A stretch of 64,000 nucleotides of DNA from Candidatus Fervidifonticultor sextus (lineage in GTDB: Bacteria > Sysuimicrobiota > Sysuimicrobiia > Sysuimicrobiales > Humicultoraceae): NCBI GenBank assembly GCA_031459875.1, contig JAVKHQ010000001.1, positions 32,001-96,000 on the forward strand, given 5' to 3'. Of the stretch, positions 58,045 through 64,000 are shown piece by piece. Under the pieces are notes generated by a model. It was not told where the DNA came from and ran no database searches. It saw only the letters and a list, made by a program, of their open reading frames with translations. The translations under genes were made by a program, and so were the position numbers. Every line of letters starts with the position of its first letter. Within the stretch, counting starts at the first letter, position 1.

Positions 58045-60249
58045 TCAGGTGGGGACGACCCGGGCGACGCTGAAGACCTCGGGCACCTTCTCGAGTTTCT
58101 GCATCACGGCGTGGAGTTGTCCCACGTTGCGGATATCCAGCACCAGGTTGGTGACGGCGACCTTGTCTTTCCTGACGCGGGAGTTCACCGACAGGGCATT
58201 GGTCTTCGTCTCGGCCACGGCGGCCATGATGTCCTTGAGGAGGCCGACGCGGTCGAAGGCCTCGACCTCGATCTCCACCTGGTAGGACCCTTCCTGGAAG
58301 GTCTCCCACTCCACCTCCAGCAGGCGCTCGGGGTGAGCCCGCAGGAACGCGATGTTCGGGCAGTCGCTGCGGTGGACCGTCACCCCGCGGCCGCGGGTGA
58401 TGTACCCGACGATCCGGTCGCCCGGCAGCGGGGTGCAGCACCGGGCGAAGTGCATGAGCACGTTGTCGGCGCCTCGGACGCGGACGCCCTGGGGGCTGGG
58501 CGGCGCCGCCGGCGCGGCCGGGATCGGGACATCGTCCGCCTGCGGCGGTGCCTCCCCCCGCAGCGCCTGGGCCACCTGGAGGATCGAGAGGTCGCTGTTG
58601 CCCACGGCGGCCAGCAGGTCTTCCTCGCTGCGCATGCCGAACTTCTCGGCCACCTGGAGCAGCCGCTCGAGCTTCATGGCGGCGGCCACGGCGCCGGTCC
58701 GGCGCAGCTCACGCTCCAGCAGCTCCCGGCCGCGAGCAACGTTTTCCTGGTGGCGCTCGTGCTTGAACCACTGCTTGATCTTCGACCGGGCGTTGGACGT
58801 GACCACGAAGGTCAGCCAGTCGCGGCTCGGGCCGGGGCTGGACTTGCTGGTCACGATCTCCACGATGTCGCCGGTGGCCAGCTTCTGTGACAGCGGCACC
58901 AGCCGGCCGTTGACCTTGGCGCCCACGCAGTGGTGGCCCACGTCGGTGTGGATGCGGTAGGCGAAGTCCACCGGCGTGGCCGCGGCCGGCAGGTCGATGA
59001 CGTCGCCCTTGGGGGTGAAGACGAAGACCTCGTTGGAGAACAGGTCGAGCCTCACCGACTGGACGAACTCCCGGGCGTCGGCCAGGTCCTTCTGCCACTC
59101 CAGCAGTTGCCGGAGCCACGCCAGCTTCTGGTCGGCCTCGGCGCTCTGCAGCCGGCCCTCCTTGTACTTCCAGTGGGCGGCGATGCCGCGTTCGGCCTCC
59201 TCGTGCATCTTGTGGGTCCGGATCTGGATCTCCAGCGGCTCCCCCTCGTAGATCACGGCGGTGTGCAGGGACTGGTAGCCGCTGGTCTTGGGGGTGGCGA
59301 TGTAGTCGTCGAACTCGCCGGGGATCGGCTTCCACAGGGAGTGGACGACGCCCAGGGCCGCGTAGCAGTCCTTGACATCGTCCAGCAGCACCCGGACGCC
59401 CAGGCGGTCGTAGATGCGGGCGACGGACTGGCCCGCGTACTTGGGCCGCTGCATCTTCTGCCAGATGCTGTAGATGTGCTTGGGCCGTCCGGTGATGTGC
59501 TTGGGGTCGACCTTGATCCCGGCCCGGGTGAGTTCGCGGTAGAGCACGGTGCACACCCGGTCGACGATGGTCTGCCGCGCGCCCTCGGCCTGGGCCAGTT
59601 GCCGCGTGATCTCCTCGAAGGTCTCGGGGTGGAGTTCGCGGAAGGCCAGGTCCTCCAGTTCCTTCTGGAGGCTGCCGATGCCCAGGCGCTCGGCCAGCGG
59701 GGTGTAGATGTCCAGCGTCTCCTGGGCGGTCCGCCGGCGCTTCCACTCCGGCAGCGCCACGATGGTCCGCATGTTGTGCAGGCGGTCGGCCAGCTTGATG
59801 AGCACGATCCGGATGTCGTTGGCCATGGCCAGGAACATCTTGCGCAGGTTCTCGGCCTGGCGTTCTTCCCGGCTCTGCCACTCGATCTTGCCCAGTTTGG
59901 TGACGCCGTCGACGAGCGTGGCGATCTCCGCACCGAAGCGCTCGCGCAACTCCGCCGGCTCGACGCCGGTGTCTTCCAGGACGTCGTGCAGGAGGGCCGC
60001 GGCCACGGTGGTGGGATCCAGATGGAGATCCGCCAGGATCTTCGCGACGGCCACCGCGTGGGTGATGTACGGCTCGCCCGAGATACGGGTCTGGCCCTCA
60101 TGCGCCCTCGCCGCGGCCAGGTACGCCTCGCGGACGAGATCCAGGTCAGCCTTGGGGAAGCGCGTGCGCAGGGTCGCAATGATGCCCTGGACCTCGGGCG
60201 GCAGGTCCTGGAAACTGCCCTGGTGTCGGCGCAGGTCCAGCCACTTCAC
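58045..60249 (-). CDS. relA: Bifunctional (p)ppGpp synthetase/hydrolase Rel
   Basis: HD (LHDVLED), KLADRLHN, RPKH, GYQSLHT, EIQIRT, and TGS, CC and ACT domains. Confidence 0.97.
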   Translation of the reverse strand: MKWLDLRRHQGSFQDLPPEVQGIIATLRTRFPKADLDLVREAYLAAARAHEGQTRISGEPYITHAVAVAKILADLHLDPTTVAAALLHDVLEDTGVEPAELRERFGAEIATLVDGVTKLGKIEWQSREERQAENLRKMFLAMANDIRIVLIKLADRLHNMRTIVALPEWKRRRTAQETLDIYTPLAERLGIGSLQKELEDLAFRELHPETFEEITRQLAQAEGARQTIVDRVCTVLYRELTRAGIKVDPKHITGRPKHIYSIWQKMQRPKYAGQSVARIYDRLGVRVLLDDVKDCYAALGVVHSLWKPIPGEFDDYIATPKTSGYQSLHTAVIYEGEPLEIQIRTHKMHEEAERGIAAHWKYKEGRLQSAEADQKLAWLRQLLEWQKDLADAREFVQSVRLDLFSNEVFVFTPKGDVIDLPAAATPVDFAYRIHTDVGHHCVGAKVNGRLVPLSQKLATGDIVEIVTSKSSPGPSRDWLTFVVTSNARSKIKQWFKHERHQENVARGRELLERELRRTGAVAAAMKLERLLQVAEKFGMRSEEDLLAAVGNSDLSILQVAQALRGEAPPQADDVPIPAAPAAPPSPQGVRVRGADNVLMHFARCCTPLPGDRIVGYITRGRGVTVHRSDCPNIAFLRAHPERLLEVEWETFQEGSYQVEIEVEAFDRVGLLKDIMAAVAETKTNALSVNSRVRKDKVAVTNLVLDIRNVGQLHAVMQKLEKVPEVFSVARVVPT

Positions 60250-60282
60250 CGTCTGTCACCACACCGGTACGATGCCTGCACC

Positions 60283-60308
60283 ATTCGGTGCGGGGGTGCA
60301 GAGCCCTG
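60283..60308 (-). promoter_or_regulatory. SigH-like promoter motif upstream of rel
   Basis: GCAGG-N18-GAAT. Confidence 0.55.
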
Positions 60309-60325
60309 CTCTGGCCCCGACAGGA

Positions 60326-63300
60326 CTACGCCCCGACCAGATCCGCCAGGATCGCCGAGGGGCGGCCCTCAGCCCAGGCCCGCAGATCCTCCCACGCGGC
60401 CCTCGCCCGCCGGCCTTCGCGGTACCGGAGCGAGCGCTCCAAGTCTGCCCGCTTGGCCGGATCCGCCAGCGCGTAGCGCACCCCGGCGCCTTCATCGCCC
60501 TCGGAGGTGATCAGTCCGGCCTCCAGGAACACCTCCACCGCCGAAGCCAGCGTCCCGGCGTCAAGACCCGCCTCCGAGACGCAGGGAGGCGGCCCGTCGA
60601 GCCAGGTCCAGGAGCCGTCCTGGGCGATCCCTCTGAGGTGATGGTAGCACCGGACGAGGGCCTCGCGCGATGGGTGGAGCGCGTCCAGGGCGGCCTGGAC
60701 GGCATCCAGCGCTGCCGGGCCGTAGGCGAGTTCGACAACCGTCCCCTGACCGCTCGCGGTGGCCGCCCCCAGGCTGTCTGCGGCCAGGAGCCGGGAGGGC
60801 GGCAGGCCGGTGGCCACGACCCGTGAGACGTCACGAGGCAGGGCGGGGTGCACGAAGAGCGACCCGGCCACGATCGCCACCAGCGCTCCAGCCGCGTAGA
60901 GATCCTCCAGCACCCGACGCAGGACTGCTGGCAGGCCGTCGTGGTAGTAGGCGATGCGGTCGGCCGCATCTGGGGACAGGGCGCGCAGCCTGCCGGCTTC
61001 CTCCACCGCCGCACCGGCGCCGGACGTCACCATCAGAACCGTCTCACCGCGTCCGCCGGCCCGCGCCAGGTGAACGGGCTCCCCCCGGCCGCGGCGATCG
61101 ACGATCCGCAGGTCCGTGCGCAGCGGAGGGCTGCCGATCACGCCATCCATGCCCAGCAGCGACGCGGCGCCGCGGAGACGGGGTTCCGAGACGGGTCCGG
61201 CCAGGAACCTGACCCGGTCCCCGAACGCTTGGCGCAACCGATCCAGGTCTTCCTCGCCGGTGAGCCAGTCCATCACGGCGACGAGACTTTCGGGAAAGAG
61301 GCCGCCGGCGCACAGCCGCTCGACCGACGCGAAGATCACGTCGATCTCCCGACGCTGCGTGCGGTTGAGGATCCGCGCGGCCGCTGGCACCGGGAGGGCG
61401 CCGTGGAGCAGTGCTGGCCGCAGGCCGAGCCCGCAAAGCCAGGGACTTGCGAGGCCGTACCACGCTTCCACCTCGGCCGCCCGGGGGAGCACGACCGCCA
61501 CCGGCCCCTCCCCCCGCGCGCTCAGCCCGACGGCGGCCGCCGCACAGGCGACCACCAGCCCTCGACCGGGCCCCAGCCTCACCGCGGCCCGGCCGCCGGC
61601 GAGGAGGACGTCCAGGGCCTCCCGCTGGGCAGGGGAGAACGGGCGGCCCCGGAGCCACCGTGCGGTGAGCACCGAGGCGACGTCGGGCGGCGCCGGCCGG
61701 ATGCGCCAGCCGGCCCCTCCTTCTCCCTCGCTTTGCGGCTCCTCGCGCTCGATGAGGATGTTCAGCCCCCATGCGTGGTCGCCGCCGCCGGTGAGTCCCA
61801 CCGCGGTGGCGACGTACCGGCCGCCCGCGTCCATCGCCGGAGCCAGCCGCGCCGCCAGCGGGGCGCGGAGGAATCCCAGCTGCCCACCGTCGCGGCGACA
61901 GACCCTGACGGCGTGGGGATCATGCGGGTTGGTCGGATCACGGACCAGGCGGAGACGTTCGCCCGGCTGCACCCGGGGGAGGATCGCCTGGCGCCCCTCG
62001 AAGGTCACGCCCACCACCTTCGTGTGGAACGCCGGTGACCACTCGACCTCAAGGCGGGACCGATCCAGGTAGTCCCCCGCGCGGGCAAACAGCCGGTCCA
62101 GAACGGTCCTGGTGTCGGCGGCGACGGCCTGGAGATCCACCTCAGGGGTCCAGAGGTGCTCGATGACCAGCCGGACGCCCTCCCCATCGCGCCACCGGTC
62201 CCTCTCCACGGTGTAGGCGATATCTACCCGTGCCTGGGTGAACGCCAGCAACTCGGCGCGATCGCCCTGCCGGAAGGCAATCGCCTCCGCCGTCCGCGCG
62301 CCGTCGCTTAGGACGAGCCGGAGGTGTTCGCCGCCTCCGACCAGGCGCGTCTCCACTGCGCGCAGGCCCCTGGTCAGGAACATCGGCGGCGGGTTCCCCG
62401 CGCCGAAGGGCGCCAGGCGCTCGATCTGCGCGGCCAGGTCCACCGAGAGAGCCTCCAGGCCGAGCTCGGCGTCGAGATCGGCCGTCGGGATGAAATCGTC
62501 GGGGCCCAGCCGGCTGGCCACGGCCTCCTGGAACGCCGCGGCGAACTGCCCCACGGCGTCCCGGTGGACGGTCAGGCCAGCGGCTGCGGCGTGGCCACCG
62601 AATCCAACCAGGTGCGAGGCGGCCGCGGCCAGGGCCTCCACCAGGTGCAGCGGCGGGATGCTGCGCGCAGACCCCTTGCCTGTCTTCCCGCGCAGGGCGA
62701 TGACGACGGAGGGGCGCGTGTAGCGCTCGACGAGGTGCGACGCCACGATGCCGACGACCCCGGGATGCCAGCCCTCGCTGGCCAGCACGATCGCCGGTTG
62801 ATCGGCCAGCCGGTCGCGCTCGATGCGATCCACGGCCTCCGCCAGCACCTGATCGCACAGCCGCCGCCGCTCCTGGTTGAGGCGGTCCAGCAGGACCGCA
62901 AGCTCGCGGCACTCCTCGGGATCGTCGCTGGTCAGCAGGCGGACCGCGGAGGAGGCGTGGGCCAGCCGGCCGGCGGCATTGAGGCGCGGAGCCAGCACGT
63001 GGGAGAGATCGCGCACGCCCAGCGGCGGTTGGACTCCGGCCACCTCGAGGAGGGCCCTCAGCCCGGGAGTGGCGGGAGCGGCCAGGCGGCGCAGGCCCTC
63101 GGCGACGATCCGGCGGTTGTCTTCCAGCAGCGGGACGGCGTCAGCCACGGTGCCCAACGCCGCCAGCGCGATCAGGTCCAGCCCGGCGTCATCGAGCGCG
63201 AGCCGGGCGAGCAGACCCCGGCATGCCTGGTAGGCCAGCCCGGCGGCGCAGTAGTCGGTGGCGGTGCCGTCGACCCTGGGATTGACCAGGACGGCCGCGG

Positions 63301-63826
63301 CCGGGAGCGGTCCTGTCGGCAGATGGTGGTCGAGGATGACGAGGTCGAGGCCCGCCTGGGCCGCTGCTTCAGCCGCCGCGGCGGCGCCGGTCCCGCAATC
63401 CACCGCCACGATCAGGCCGGCGCCTCCGGCGGCCAGGCGCTCCACCACCGACGCATGCAACCCGTAGCCCTCGGTCTGGCGGTCCGGGACGTAGAAGTCG
63501 ACCCGGGCCCGGGCGCGCCGGAGGACGCGGACCAGCAACGCGGTGGCGGTCACCCCGTCGGCGTCGTAGTCCCCGTAGATGACAATGGGCGCCTCAGCGC
63601 GGACGGCATCGAACAGGCAGCGCACCGCCCGCTCCATCCGGGCCACCGCGAAGGGGGAGTCCAGGTCCTCCGGCCGCGGATCGAGGAATGCGCGCGCCCG
63701 CGCCGGGTCGCGGACCCCGCGGCGGATGAGCACCCCGGCGATCAGCGGGGAGCACCCCAGCGCCGCGGCCAGGCGGCCGCTCTCTTCAAAATGTTCGGGG
63801 TGCAGGCGCCAGCGCGGAGCGGTCAC
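60326..63826 (-). CDS. recJ: RecJ ssDNA exonuclease fused to HIRAN and degenerate SF2 (RecQ-like) helicase domains
   Basis: GDYDADG, DCG, DHH, PRLNAAGR, GSARS, GGHAAAAG and PFGAGNP; HIRAN at about 62029-61748; helicase-like C-terminal half. Confidence 0.93.
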   Translation of the reverse strand: MTAPRWRLHPEHFEESGRLAAALGCSPLIAGVLIRRGVRDPARARAFLDPRPEDLDSPFAVARMERAVRCLFDAVRAEAPIVIYGDYDADGVTATALLVRVLRRARARVDFYVPDRQTEGYGLHASVVERLAAGGAGLIVAVDCGTGAAAAAEAAAQAGLDLVILDHHLPTGPLPAAAVLVNPRVDGTATDYCAAGLAYQACRGLLARLALDDAGLDLIALAALGTVADAVPLLEDNRRIVAEGLRRLAAPATPGLRALLEVAGVQPPLGVRDLSHVLAPRLNAAGRLAHASSAVRLLTSDDPEECRELAVLLDRLNQERRRLCDQVLAEAVDRIERDRLADQPAIVLASEGWHPGVVGIVASHLVERYTRPSVVIALRGKTGKGSARSIPPLHLVEALAAAASHLVGFGGHAAAAGLTVHRDAVGQFAAAFQEAVASRLGPDDFIPTADLDAELGLEALSVDLAAQIERLAPFGAGNPPPMFLTRGLRAVETRLVGGGEHLRLVLSDGARTAEAIAFRQGDRAELLAFTQARVDIAYTVERDRWRDGEGVRLVIEHLWTPEVDLQAVAADTRTVLDRLFARAGDYLDRSRLEVEWSPAFHTKVVGVTFEGRQAILPRVQPGERLRLVRDPTNPHDPHAVRVCRRDGGQLGFLRAPLAARLAPAMDAGGRYVATAVGLTGGGDHAWGLNILIEREEPQSEGEGGAGWRIRPAPPDVASVLTARWLRGRPFSPAQREALDVLLAGGRAAVRLGPGRGLVVACAAAAVGLSARGEGPVAVVLPRAAEVEAWYGLASPWLCGLGLRPALLHGALPVPAAARILNRTQRREIDVIFASVERLCAGGLFPESLVAVMDWLTGEEDLDRLRQAFGDRVRFLAGPVSEPRLRGAASLLGMDGVIGSPPLRTDLRIVDRRGRGEPVHLARAGGRGETVLMVTSGAGAAVEEAGRLRALSPDAADRIAYYHDGLPAVLRRVLEDLYAAGALVAIVAGSLFVHPALPRDVSRVVATGLPPSRLLAADSLGAATASGQGTVVELAYGPAALDAVQAALDALHPSREALVRCYHHLRGIAQDGSWTWLDGPPPCVSEAGLDAGTLASAVEVFLEAGLITSEGDEGAGVRYALADPAKRADLERSLRYREGRRARAAWEDLRAWAEGRPSAILADLVGA

Positions 63827-63835
63827 CGCCGAGCG

Positions 63836-64000
63836 CTACGGCGTCCGGTCAGGCCCCGGGGGGAGATCCTGGGCCCGCGCCTCCAGTGCCCGCAGCCGGG
63901 CCTGGGTCTCCCGCAGCCGCGCGCGCAGGTGCCGCTGGCCGAGCGCGCTGCTGACGAACACCAACAGGCCCCCGATCACTGCCGCGCCCAACACGGCCAG
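63836..64000 (-). CDS. LapA/DUF1049-family membrane protein, C-terminal part (runs off the window end)
   Basis: Not in the ORF track. Reads ...LAVLGAAVIGGLLVFVSSALGQRHLRARLRETQARLRALE...*: a TM helix plus coiled coil, upstream of recJ like B. subtilis yrvD. Confidence 0.65.
   Translation of the reverse strand: MAVLGAAVIGGLLVFVSSALGQRHLRARLRETQARLRALEARAQDLPPGPDRTP

Noticed and set aside
63783..63797. Second LexA box at the start of recJ (CGAACATTTTGAAG)
   Set aside because: Only the left half-site matches, and it lies inside the coding sequence.

Overview
High-GC (about 70% by eye) core-chromosome segment with almost all genes on the minus strand. Gene order resembles Bacillota, but the ABC binding proteins lack lipoboxes, which suggests a diderm Terrabacteria lineage, possibly Armatimonadota/CSP1-3-like (inference only). 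In minus-strand order the window contains: lapA-like (partial), recJ fusion, rel, aminotransferase, dtd, His-phosphatase, phnDCEE, an opp/dpp binding protein with two permeases, T-box-hisS-aspS-6S RNA, rarA, mnmA, ytxH, cca, a small membrane protein, an orphan parA with a Cys-rich partner, asnS, rimP-nusA-ylxR-infB-DUF503-rbfA-nrnA-truB-ribF-rpsO-pnp-M16 peptidase, dapB-asd-dapA, uppP, ftsK, a nucleoside ABC transporter with MBL hydrolase, pfkB and psuG-like genes, rodZ, cinA, thpR, recA, recX, a UvrD/Fe-S nuclease fusion and rmuC-like (partial). The plus strand carries a HAD hydrolase, an FBP aldolase/phosphatase, a radical SAM protein and a nucleotidyltransferase. No tRNA, rRNA, CRISPR array or intact mobile element was seen. 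Most notable observations: (1) an orphan ParA whose partner has a ParB-like N-terminal peptide and a Cys-rich domain; (2) a RecJ-HIRAN-dead-helicase fusion; (3) an AGG-N18/19-GAA, SigH-like promoter motif before about 10 genes, some apparently leaderless; (4) an SOS-boxed recA-recX-helicase/nuclease-rmuC cluster; (5) a PsuG homologue with apparently altered active-site motifs; (6) a decayed transposase fragment upstream of dapB. All calls come from motif recognition by eye; no database searches were run.
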